64,000 nucleotides of DNA, from positions 32,185 through 96,184 of the IMG/VR virus record IMGVR_UViG_3300042396_000723, one strand, 5' to 3'. Under the pieces are notes generated by a model, which saw only the letters and a list, made by a program, of their open reading frames with translations, searched no databases and had not been told where the DNA came from. Position numbers and translations under genes: made by a program. How positions within the stretch are numbered: the stretch's first letter is position 1; each line of letters begins with the position of its first letter. The stretch is from a virus. This document shows positions 55,941 to 64,000 of the stretch, piece after piece.

Positions 55941-57365
55941 ATGCTGAAATCAAAACCAAGTTCTTTGTATCGGGTTGATGAAGATGAAGTAGCAATGGGA
56001 AGTGGTGGGAGAGGAACTGCACCAACCGAAGCCCAAATGAAGCTATTTATTGCCCAAACTTTGTCAATGAACTTCGCCTATAACGCCCCAGTTGTTGTGC
56101 TTAAATTTGATGTTGCCGAGAATGGGAATATTGCCGGATTATTTAAAGATGCGGCACGTCCACGGATGTTTTCCTTTACCTTAGACGGGGAGTCCGTAAC
56201 TTATAAGCCTTACAAACCTGGTAAAATGGACAGCTTGGAATCAGACGAGGATGTCCAAGAATGGGAGGCATTTTCAGAGGGGTACGGGTTCCGCGTAGAT
56301 GCGGGGGTAGGGGGCAAAAAAAAGCCTCAATGCGTTAAGCCCACCGCTTACAATTGTGGGAGTGCCTGTATTAATGTGATGAAGGACTGTAAGACTAACG
56401 CCAAAGATGCAGTTTCTAAGGATAGGCTTAAAAAGTTGAAAGGTGTGGCGATGTCTTATTACAAGGAATTTGAGAAACTTGATAAGACAGAAAGAGGCAG
56501 TGACAAACAGAAGGGATTTGGCGACAAATCAAATCAAGCTAGTCGGAAAAGAGTTGAATTGATGGAGCAATCCAAAAGCAAAAAGGGGGTAAAGTCGGAC
56601 GAACCCCAGATCAAGCCCAAGGCAGAAAGTAAAAAGCCTTCTACTCAAAAATTATCAACACAGAAAACGGTAGAACCCGAAGTTAAAACCAAGCCAAACG
56701 TAGAACCTAAAAAGACGGAATCCAAGCCAAAGTCCAAAGCCAATCCCTTTTATAGTGACGAACCAATTAAGGATTATGAGACTTTTAAAAAGGAAATACC
56801 AAAAGAACTGGCTAGGTTTAATTTTGAATACAATATGGACGGGTTGATCCCTATTCCAAGAATGAGAGAGGAATTAAAAGGGAGAGTAAAAGCAGAGGAC
56901 TTTGATAAGTGGATGCTACAGTCTCAAGCCGATAATGATAATATTCGACTTAGTGAAGGGCAAAAGAAAATGCCAGGGGGGATAAAAACCGAACTAGGAA
57001 ACCACAGGGATAACATTCGATTTTTTGACAAAGAGGCTATGGAAAAAGCTAGGACTGAAACGAAAAGAAAACCCGGTCAAATAATAGATCCAAAAGAATT
57101 TGAAGACGTGGCAATGAAGTCCTTAACCGATCTTGATAAGGACGGGAAATATGGCAATCTCATCCCTATTCATGAACTCAGAAAAACCCTTGGCGACAAA
57201 GTAAGTCGAGGGGATTTCAATAATTTATTGATGGAAATGCAGGCAAATGACAAGGTTCAATTAATTGGGGGTCAAATGACAGATGCCACCCCAAAAAAAG
57301 TGGAGGACTCTGTTGTATCAGAGCTGGGGGCATATCGTTATTACGTTAAAATCCTCAAGGATTAA
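55941..57365 (+). CDS. modular family member C: N-domain, 4-Cys linker, duplicated C-terminal domain
   Basis: 474 aa; KPQCVKPTAYNCGSACINVMKDCKTNAKD; the C-terminus carries two related ~45-aa units (GLIPIPRMREELKGRVKAEDFDKWMLQSQADNDNIRL / GNLIPIHELRKTLGDKVSRGDFNNLLMEMQANDKVQL). Confidence 0.5.
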   Translation: MLKSKPSSLYRVDEDEVAMGSGGRGTAPTEAQMKLFIAQTLSMNFAYNAPVVVLKFDVAENGNIAGLFKDAARPRMFSFTLDGESVTYKPYKPGKMDSLESDEDVQEWEAFSEGYGFRVDAGVGGKKKPQCVKPTAYNCGSACINVMKDCKTNAKDAVSKDRLKKLKGVAMSYYKEFEKLDKTERGSDKQKGFGDKSNQASRKRVELMEQSKSKKGVKSDEPQIKPKAESKKPSTQKLSTQKTVEPEVKTKPNVEPKKTESKPKSKANPFYSDEPIKDYETFKKEIPKELARFNFEYNMDGLIPIPRMREELKGRVKAEDFDKWMLQSQADNDNIRLSEGQKKMPGGIKTELGNHRDNIRFFDKEAMEKARTETKRKPGQIIDPKEFEDVAMKSLTDLDKDGKYGNLIPIHELRKTLGDKVSRGDFNNLLMEMQANDKVQLIGGQMTDATPKKVEDSVVSELGAYRYYVKILKD

Positions 57366-57466
57366 ACAAGATCAAATAGCTACAAGCCGAAAGTGTTAAA
57401 AGAAATAGCAGTAGGAACATATAGAAATCCTTAATTAAGTTACAGGCAAAAGGAATATCAAAAAAC

Positions 57467-59332
57467 ATGATCATAGAGACTAAATCAGCCCCAACAAAAG
57501 CTCAAATGCAAGCAGCGATCGCCCAGACTCTTGCTCTTCCTTTTGCCTATAACTCCCCAGTGGATGTGATGGACTTTAAGGTAGATGGCACGGGTAAAAT
57601 ATCAGGGCGATTCAAGGATTCTGCCCGTCCAAGGGTGTTTGATTTTGAGTTAGATGGAAATACCGTCAACTTCAAACCTTACACGACAGGACGTATGGAT
57701 TCGGACGATGCAGTGGAACAATGGGAGGAGTTCTCGTCAGGGTATTCCTATCGTTTTGATGCTAAGGCAAAAGCCAAGGCGAAAAGCAAGACAGGAGACT
57801 CCAAGAAACCCCAATGCGTTAAACCCACAGCATATAATTGCGGAAAAGCCTGTATAAATATTAATAATAATTGTAAATCCAACCCCGACGATGCTAACTC
57901 AAAGGATCGTTTAGAAAAACTGAAAGCTGCTGGTATTGATTACGCTAAAGAAACTAAGAAATCCACTCCTAAATCTACCGCAAAAACCAAGAAAGAGGTA
58001 GAAAAACCACCGGAAATAGATAAAACCCCTAAAATAGATAAAACCCCTGAAAAGATAGAGGGAAAGGCTACCGAGTCCAAATCCCTTAATTTAGTAGGAA
58101 AAGGGGATCACGAGTCCGTCCCCAAAGATGCGAATGAATACTATGAAGCAATGAAAACATCGGGCAATCCTATCTCTTATGACGATGCCATAAAGATTAC
58201 CGGAGCCGTTAGAGAGTGGACGGAGGATGCTTCTTATATTAGGGAATCTCAAAAAGCAGGGAAATACAGCATTATTGCCGACCGGATTAATGATTACGTT
58301 AAAAGTTCAACGCCATTCAAGGGCGAAATTTATCGAGGCATCTCCTTCGGATCAACAGATGAGGCTTTGAGTTGGGCTAAGGGAGATAGTGATGGGATAT
58401 TAGATAATCAGAATGCCCATGCTTCTTGGACTTCTAACTGGGATAAAGCCAGAAAGTTTGCTGGTAACAATTCGGTAAACGACTTTACATCGCAACCTGT
58501 CATTATCAAAACAAATAATAAGTCGGGTGCCTCCATCAAAAACCTAAGCAACATTGGCACAGAAGATGAGGTAGTGGTTGTCAAAGACACTCGCCATCGG
58601 GTTAAGAATGTTGTATACGAAGATGGTGTTTTGATCGTTGAGACAGAAGAAGTTTCTCCAGATGAGGGAAAGAAAGCGCCTGAACCATCACCAGAAATAA
58701 CTAAACCCCAAAAAGAATCCGAGGAAAAGGCAGTTAAACAACCCGAAAATAAACCCAAAAACCTTAATTTAGTGGGCAAAGGCGATCATGAATCCATGCC
58801 ATCAAGCCACAAAGAGTATTATAAAGCACTGAAAAAAGCAGGGGTCAATATTTCTGAGAAGGAGGCAGCAGCCACCACTACAGCCATCTATAAATGGACG
58901 AGGAATGCTAACGACATCCGAGCCGATCAAAAGGCAGGAGAGGAGAACGAAGATGCAAATCGAATCTCTAATTATGTCAGGAACTCAACCCCATACAAAG
59001 GCGAAGTTTACCGAGGGATTCACTTTGAAACCAAAGAGGAGGCTTTAAACTGGACTAAAGGCGACAAGGATGGAGTGCTAGATAATCAAGGTGCTCACGC
59101 CTCTTGGTCATCTAGCCTTAAAACAGCAGAAGAATTTTCAGACGATTTCTTTATTGAGGAAAAAAGATATCCTGTTGTCATTAAATCAATCAACAAATCA
59201 GGTGCTTCTATTAAGAATTTAAGCAACATCAAAGAAGAAGACGAGGTTATGGTTTTAAAGGATACTCGCCATCGGGTTAAAAGTGTCAGGGAAGAAAACG
59301 GACGGATTATTGTTGAAGCTGAGGAAGTATAG
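57467..59332 (+). CDS. modular family member D: N-domain, 4-Cys linker, two tandem ADP-ribosyltransferase-like domains
   Basis: 621 aa; each duplicated C-terminal unit has INDYV / ISNYV, YRG (KGEIYRGISF / KGEVYRGIHF), an STS-like HASWTS / HASWSS, and ExE followed by hydrophobics (TEDEVVVV / EEDEVMVL), matching the R-S-E ART motif order. Confidence 0.55.
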   Translation: MIIETKSAPTKAQMQAAIAQTLALPFAYNSPVDVMDFKVDGTGKISGRFKDSARPRVFDFELDGNTVNFKPYTTGRMDSDDAVEQWEEFSSGYSYRFDAKAKAKAKSKTGDSKKPQCVKPTAYNCGKACININNNCKSNPDDANSKDRLEKLKAAGIDYAKETKKSTPKSTAKTKKEVEKPPEIDKTPKIDKTPEKIEGKATESKSLNLVGKGDHESVPKDANEYYEAMKTSGNPISYDDAIKITGAVREWTEDASYIRESQKAGKYSIIADRINDYVKSSTPFKGEIYRGISFGSTDEALSWAKGDSDGILDNQNAHASWTSNWDKARKFAGNNSVNDFTSQPVIIKTNNKSGASIKNLSNIGTEDEVVVVKDTRHRVKNVVYEDGVLIVETEEVSPDEGKKAPEPSPEITKPQKESEEKAVKQPENKPKNLNLVGKGDHESMPSSHKEYYKALKKAGVNISEKEAAATTTAIYKWTRNANDIRADQKAGEENEDANRISNYVRNSTPYKGEVYRGIHFETKEEALNWTKGDKDGVLDNQGAHASWSSSLKTAEEFSDDFFIEEKRYPVVIKSINKSGASIKNLSNIKEEDEVMVLKDTRHRVKSVREENGRIIVEAEEV

Positions 59333-59343
59333 GAGATTTAACT

Positions 59344-59436
59344 ATGAGTTTAACGACTAGAAAAGATGCCATGCTAACGGAATCTCAGATGAAGTTGGCG
59401 ATCGCCCAGACTCTTGCCCTTCCTTTTATGTTCTGA
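59344..59436 (+). pseudogene. truncated N-domain remnant upstream of family member E
   Basis: Reads MSLTTRKDAMLTESQMKLAIAQTLALPFMF then stop; identical in pattern to the opening of members D and G but ends after ~30 codons, indicating a deletion of the rest of the N-domain. Confidence 0.4.
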
Positions 59437-59437
59437 A

Positions 59438-60532
59438 ATGAAAAAACCCCAATGCGTAAAGCCAACATCATATAACTGCGGAGCGGCTTGTATCAACGTT
59501 TCCAAATCTTGCCAACAAGTCCCTTCTGAATCTTTTGGGCGATCGCGTCTTCAGAAGTTAAAACAAATTGCTTCTATTTATGCGAAGCAAAACACAGCAA
59601 AATCTCAAAGACAAGGGGCTACGGCTAACAAGATCATAGGATCAATTGAAGAAAAAAGGAAAACTGAAGCGACATCTTTGGCACAAGACAGAAAAGTTAT
59701 TAACCAAGACCGTAGAAAAGCTAGGTTAAAAGCCGAAGCAAAAGCCAAGAGAGAGCAACTATTAAAGATGTATGAAGATGTTAGTAAAACGTCAACATCA
59801 AAAGGCAATGTCCCCAAACTTTTGAATACAGAAGCTCCTGACAGGGAGCTAACAAGGTTAAAAAATAAGTACGAAAAGCAATCGGTTGAAACGGCAAAGA
59901 CCAACCTACAAAAAGCCGAGAGAGCGCTAAGTAGTGCGCTTAAAACTATAGGGGAGATGAAACAGGAGTCTGATAAATTCCTAGAAGAAACCCGAAAACT
60001 GGTACAGGTAGACAAACCTACTAAATTAAACTCATCGGTCAAAACCGGAACCCCTAACGCCCATAAAAAAGGTGTTGAGGCGTTCCAAAAAATGATCTCA
60101 ATTCCAGGCTTGGACACTCCAGTTAGTATTGTGGAAACCCCTCCAGAAAGGAAGGGGAGAAGTTGCTACAAACCCAAGACAAATAATGTATTCATGGGTA
60201 ATTCCGACCCTGCCGTTGTAGTTCATGAGATGAGTCACTGGCTAGAGGAGAAAGTACCAGGAATCAGAGAGGAAGTTCAGGAGTTTTATAATAAGAGAAC
60301 CCAAGGCGAGAAAAATATTAAACTAAGTGAAGTTACTGGCAATAAAAACTATGGGGATAGAGAGGTTACAAAGGTTGATAAATGGTTAAATCCTTACATG
60401 GGCAAGGAATACAAAAACGCCTCTGAAATCCTTTCTATGGGAATGGAAATAATGTACCGCAACCCTGCTTATTTAGCCAAGAATGACCCCGAAATGTTCG
60501 ACTTTATTTATAGTGTTGTGAGGAGAGGATGA
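59438..60532 (+). CDS. modular family member E: 4-Cys linker plus HExxH domain, N-domain deleted
   Basis: Starts at ATG 59438 (MKKPQCVKPTSYNCGAACINVSKSC...); C-terminal VVVHEMSHWLE ... SMGMEIMYRNPAYLAKNDPEMFDFIYSVVRRG shared with F and G. Confidence 0.5.
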   Translation: MKKPQCVKPTSYNCGAACINVSKSCQQVPSESFGRSRLQKLKQIASIYAKQNTAKSQRQGATANKIIGSIEEKRKTEATSLAQDRKVINQDRRKARLKAEAKAKREQLLKMYEDVSKTSTSKGNVPKLLNTEAPDRELTRLKNKYEKQSVETAKTNLQKAERALSSALKTIGEMKQESDKFLEETRKLVQVDKPTKLNSSVKTGTPNAHKKGVEAFQKMISIPGLDTPVSIVETPPERKGRSCYKPKTNNVFMGNSDPAVVVHEMSHWLEEKVPGIREEVQEFYNKRTQGEKNIKLSEVTGNKNYGDREVTKVDKWLNPYMGKEYKNASEILSMGMEIMYRNPAYLAKNDPEMFDFIYSVVRRG

Positions 60533-61668
60533 TTAAATACAGAGAAGACAAGAGGGAAAAGAAAGCTCAATGCGTGAAGACTACTTCCTATAATTGCGGT
60601 CTATCTTGCATTAATGTTAAGAAAAATTGCAGGATAGTCCCGAATGATTCAAGGTCAAAGGATAGGCTTGAAAAGCTGAAAACAATGGGGATTGATTACG
60701 CTAAAATTAGACCCTCAAAGTCTAAAGTTAAGCCGACACCAACCCCTATTCCGGTCATTCCCGCGCCAGTGATACCCGCGCCAGTCGTAATGCCAGAACC
60801 CGAAGTTAAAGAGACTCCAGAGCAAAGGAAAGCGAGGTTACAAATAGAATCAAGAGTTGTTCGGCAACGACTCGTGGGGATGTATGATGATCTTGAGCAT
60901 GAAGAGAAAAGAAATCCAATCAAAGCCAATCAAAATGCCATAATAGCAATTAACGAAGAAAACCCCAAAAAGTTTTTAACTAGCAGGATAAAATTCTCTA
61001 ATTCAAGAGCGAAGGATTATATTAAAACAAATCCAGAAAAAGCTCAGACATATGTGGATGCTGCCAAAATCGACCTAGAACCTGCACTAGCTAAAGTTAA
61101 CGATCTTTTGGGTGAAGCCAGAAAATTAGTTGAAGTAAAGAATCCGTCATCATTTAATATAAAACAAAAAGGGGATAATATAATCCTTTACAAACACTTG
61201 TTAGATAAAGGAATTGACGCTTTTCAGAGGTTGGTCGATGTACCAAAATTGAGAAGTCCTGTCTCCATCGTAGTAACAGAACCATTGGGAAGCAGAAGCT
61301 CTTATTCTGACGCTGCAAAGAAAATCACACTAGGAACTGATGACCCGTCTGCCATTGTCCATGAGTTAGCGCATTGGTTGGATTTGTCTGACAATGGGGT
61401 CAAAAAAGAAGTTTTAGAATTTTACAATAAAAGAACGGAGGGAGAAAAAACGGTAAAGTTAAGTGATGTTAGCAAAAACCCATATAGTAATGATGAAGTA
61501 ACTAAAGTTGATAAGTGGTTAAATCTTTATATGGGAAAAGTTTATCCTGACAAGTCAACGGAAATCCTCTCAATGGGTTTAGAATTAATGTATAAGAACC
61601 CAGTATATCTAGCAAAAAAAGACCCCGAAATGTTTGACTTTATTTACTCAGTAGTTAGGAGAGGTTAG
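60529..61668 (+). CDS. modular family member F: 4-Cys linker plus HExxH domain, no N-domain
   Basis: 379 aa; AQCVKTTSYNCGLSCINVKKNCRIVPND; Pro-rich PVIPAPVIPAPVV tract; C-terminal IVHELAHWLD ... SMGLELMYKNPVYLAKKDPEMFDFIYSVVRRG; its ATG overlaps the E stop. Confidence 0.5.
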   Translation: MIKYREDKREKKAQCVKTTSYNCGLSCINVKKNCRIVPNDSRSKDRLEKLKTMGIDYAKIRPSKSKVKPTPTPIPVIPAPVIPAPVVMPEPEVKETPEQRKARLQIESRVVRQRLVGMYDDLEHEEKRNPIKANQNAIIAINEENPKKFLTSRIKFSNSRAKDYIKTNPEKAQTYVDAAKIDLEPALAKVNDLLGEARKLVEVKNPSSFNIKQKGDNIILYKHLLDKGIDAFQRLVDVPKLRSPVSIVVTEPLGSRSSYSDAAKKITLGTDDPSAIVHELAHWLDLSDNGVKKEVLEFYNKRTEGEKTVKLSDVSKNPYSNDEVTKVDKWLNLYMGKVYPDKSTEILSMGLELMYKNPVYLAKKDPEMFDFIYSVVRRG

Positions 61669-61669
61669 C

Positions 61670-61945
61670 ATGGCTTATCGCGTTAAAATCAATGGTGTAG
61701 TGGCAATTGTTGAAAATGGCGTTTGGTCATCCTCAACACCCCATTATGCCGAAATTCTAAATAACGTCTTGGCAATGGAGAAATTGGCAGCCATAGACCC
61801 TGATTCGCCTTTTTTCTGGCTTAATTCCCCTGCAACACCCGACCCAGATTGGTTAATTGCCACCGAAATAGCCAAAACCTTTGAGGGGACGGTGATGGAT
61901 CAACCGATTACTCCTCTGACAACAGACGAAGATATTATTTATTAA
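61670..61945 (+). CDS. hypothetical small protein following an HExxH-domain gene
   Basis: 91 aa ORF starting 2 nt after the F stop; possible accessory or immunity-type partner (speculative). Confidence 0.3.
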   Translation: MAYRVKINGVVAIVENGVWSSSTPHYAEILNNVLAMEKLAAIDPDSPFFWLNSPATPDPDWLIATEIAKTFEGTVMDQPITPLTTDEDIIY

Positions 61946-61949
61946 TGCG

Positions 61950-63401
61950 ATGAAGTTCAATCCAAATGCTACGGTTTCCGAGACTCAAATGAAGTTAGCG
62001 ATCGCTCAAACGTTATCGCTCCCATTTGCCTATAATTCGCCCGTGATGGTGTTGGATTTTGATTTAGGGGATAAGGATAGTAACAAGATAACAGGGCGAT
62101 TCAAAGACTTATCCCGTCCCCGCGTGTTCAGTTTTGAGATAACCAAGAAGTCAGTTGTCTATAAACCCTTCGTGGCTCGAACTGATAGCACGGAATTGGA
62201 TGCTAAATCGTGGGAAGATTTCTCGAAAGGTTACTCTTATCGAGTTGATAGTCAAGGCTTGAGAAAGGAAAAAGCTCAATGTGTCAAGCCGACTTCTTAT
62301 AACTGTGGGAGTATTTGTATTAATATTAAGAAAAACTGTAAGGCTAATGCTGATGATGACTTTTCGGAAGAACGGATTGACAAGCTATTTAAGTTAAGAA
62401 GATATTATACAGACAAATTATTGGAAATAAATCCAAGTACACAAAGAGAAGAAGAGACTCTCCTTGAAGAAAAAGTCCGAGAAGTCTCTCGACTACTTAA
62501 ACCATACAATGATCGTCAAAAAGAGCTAGAGAAACAAAAACAGGAGCAAATCAAAGAACAAAGAAGCCGTCAAATAGAAGTATTGAAGTCCGAAGCTCAA
62601 TCGAAAAGAACGCAATTAATGGCATTGTCAAATGAATTAGATAGCAATCAAAAAATATCTTCTGATGCAAGAATTAAGGCATCAGTTCACCTTGAATTCG
62701 ATGATCCAGAAAGCGGAATAAAAAGGGATCTTAAATTTGCTGAAAGTGTTGCTCTAAAACTGAATAAAAATGGACAAAAAGAAGCCGAGATATTCTCCCA
62801 AAATGAGTTAAAAATTGCCATAGAAGCAAAAAAAGAAATTGATAATATTTTAGACAAAGCTCGTGAGTTGATAAAGGTTGAGAAACCAGTTGATATTGGT
62901 GTAGCGTTTGATTCTAAGAATGTAAGAAAACCAGATGAATATAAGAAAGGGCTTGAGATGTTTTCTGAAATGATTTCGGTTCCCAATTTAAAAGAAACAT
63001 TAGAAGTTAAAGAGACAGATTCGGGAAGAAGTTATTACAAACAGGGAGCTATACACATGGCAAATCCAGATCCGGCGACAATCATCCACGAATCAGGGCA
63101 TTGGCTAGAGGCTCGGAATATTCAGGTAAGGAGAGAAGTTAAAGAATTTTATAATAAAAGGACAGAAGGAGAGCCTATTGTCAAATTGAGCGAATCAACG
63201 GGTGATCTCTATGAAGACTATGAAGTTACCAAGGTCGATAAATGGCTTCATCATTACATAGGGAAGTTTTATGGAAACCAGCCTAGTTCCGAGGTTCTGT
63301 CAATGGGATTAGAGATGATGTATAAAAACCCCATTTACTTAGCCAAAAACGATCCCGAAATGTTTGATTTTATCTATTCTGTAGTTAGGCAAGGGAATTG
63401 A
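61950..63401 (+). CDS. modular family member G: N-domain, 4-Cys linker, coiled-coil, HExxH domain
   Basis: 483 aa; KLAIAQTLSLPFAYNSPVMVLDF...GRFKDLSRPRVFSFEI; AQCVKPTSYNCGSICINIKKNCKANADD; C-terminal IIHESGHWLE ... SMGLEMMYKNPIYLAKNDPEMFDFIYSVVRQG. Confidence 0.5.
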   Translation: MKFNPNATVSETQMKLAIAQTLSLPFAYNSPVMVLDFDLGDKDSNKITGRFKDLSRPRVFSFEITKKSVVYKPFVARTDSTELDAKSWEDFSKGYSYRVDSQGLRKEKAQCVKPTSYNCGSICINIKKNCKANADDDFSEERIDKLFKLRRYYTDKLLEINPSTQREEETLLEEKVREVSRLLKPYNDRQKELEKQKQEQIKEQRSRQIEVLKSEAQSKRTQLMALSNELDSNQKISSDARIKASVHLEFDDPESGIKRDLKFAESVALKLNKNGQKEAEIFSQNELKIAIEAKKEIDNILDKARELIKVEKPVDIGVAFDSKNVRKPDEYKKGLEMFSEMISVPNLKETLEVKETDSGRSYYKQGAIHMANPDPATIIHESGHWLEARNIQVRREVKEFYNKRTEGEPIVKLSESTGDLYEDYEVTKVDKWLHHYIGKFYGNQPSSEVLSMGLEMMYKNPIYLAKNDPEMFDFIYSVVRQGN

Positions 63402-63474
63402 AGTTAATGGGTCAATCAAAGCAACAAAGCAAACGCTAAAATGTCTTCCTTGGAGAAAATATAGGAGGGTGGGA

Positions 63475-64000
63475 ATGCTAATAGATAAATCAACTGAAGA
63501 AGACTATCTCAATGGTCGTACTTTTGCTCAGGGTTATTTTTTGCGGATTGACGCAGCTAGAGCCGACGCAGCTAGAGCCACCCCAAAATGCAAGAATGGG
63601 GTTTCTTATAGCTGTGGGAAGTCCTGTATTAGCCTTAAGAAAAATTGCAAGTCAGAACCGCAAGATGAAAAAGGGAAACAAATTCTTAAGGCAGTAAAAT
63701 CCAAGGCTTCTGAGTTTGCTAAAACAAAAGCAAAAACACCCAAAGCTACTCCAGTTAAGCCTACTGAAATTAAGCCAGATGTAGAAGCTCCTCCCCCTCC
63801 CCAAGGTGATATAAAGGTTAAGGCATCTAAATCAAAAACCAAGGTATCAAAACCCGTCGCAGTGGAAGCAGAGAAAAAAGCGACTCCTGCCAAAACCAAA
63901 AAAGCAAAACCCTCAACAAAGCTTAGTGAAGTTAGCAAAGAGCAGAAGAAAGTGGAGGCGATCGCAAAACCATCCAAAACAATAGGAGATGGAACTCATG
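63475..64000 (+). CDS. modular family member H (partial, runs off window): truncated N-domain, 4-Cys linker, Lys-rich region
   Basis: ATG at 63475 preceded by AGGAGG; FAQGYFLRIDAARADAARATPKCKNGVSYSCGKSCISLKKNCKSEPQD; contains a 15-bp tandem duplication (GACGCAGCTAGAGCC x2); no stop before the window end. Confidence 0.45.
   Translation, partial: MLIDKSTEEDYLNGRTFAQGYFLRIDAARADAARATPKCKNGVSYSCGKSCISLKKNCKSEPQDEKGKQILKAVKSKASEFAKTKAKTPKATPVKPTEIKPDVEAPPPPQGDIKVKASKSKTKVSKPVAVEAEKKATPAKTKKAKPSTKLSEVSKEQKKVEAIAKPSKTIGDGTH

Noticed and set aside
1-64000. An integrase or recombinase gene
   Set aside because: I looked for tyrosine or serine recombinase signatures next to the XRE-type regulator and the tRNA-like fragment and did not recognise any; an integrase may lie outside the window.

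Overview
This window reads as a contiguous piece of a temperate-type dsDNA phage or prophage from a cyanobacterial host, arranged in four strand-alternating blocks. The host inference rests on strong over-representation of the HIP1 octamer GCGATCGC (at least 23 copies found by eye). All calls are from reading the sequence and the supplied ORF track; no database search or structure prediction was run. Block 1 (30-15004, minus strand) is an early/accessory arm with a RuvC-like resolvase, a PD-(D/E)XK-like nuclease, a GH108-like lysozyme, an M23 peptidase, a membrane-anchored FtsK-like ATPase, many small ORFs and an XRE-type HTH regulator. Block 2 (15447-26430, plus strand) starts across a ~440 bp divergent control region and carries a replication module (winged-helix protein, initiator-like protein with an embedded iteron origin, DnaB helicase), an orphan C5 cytosine methyltransferase, and a short minus-strand insert with thymidylate kinase and an unannotated NblA-like ORF. 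Block 3 (26576-41742, minus strand) carries a Rha-family regulator, an AT-rich membrane-protein island, repeat-rich tail-fiber-like genes and a large terminase. Block 4 (41814-64000, plus strand) is a head module (portal-like, Mu-G-like, scaffold-like and capsid-like proteins). The standout feature is in block 4: at least eight paralogous modular genes plus two decayed remnants share an N-terminal domain and a four-cysteine linker but carry different C-terminal modules, including a tandem ADP-ribosyltransferase-like pair and an HExxH zincin-like domain. I interpret this as a candidate array of capsid-associated or ejected polymorphic effectors.
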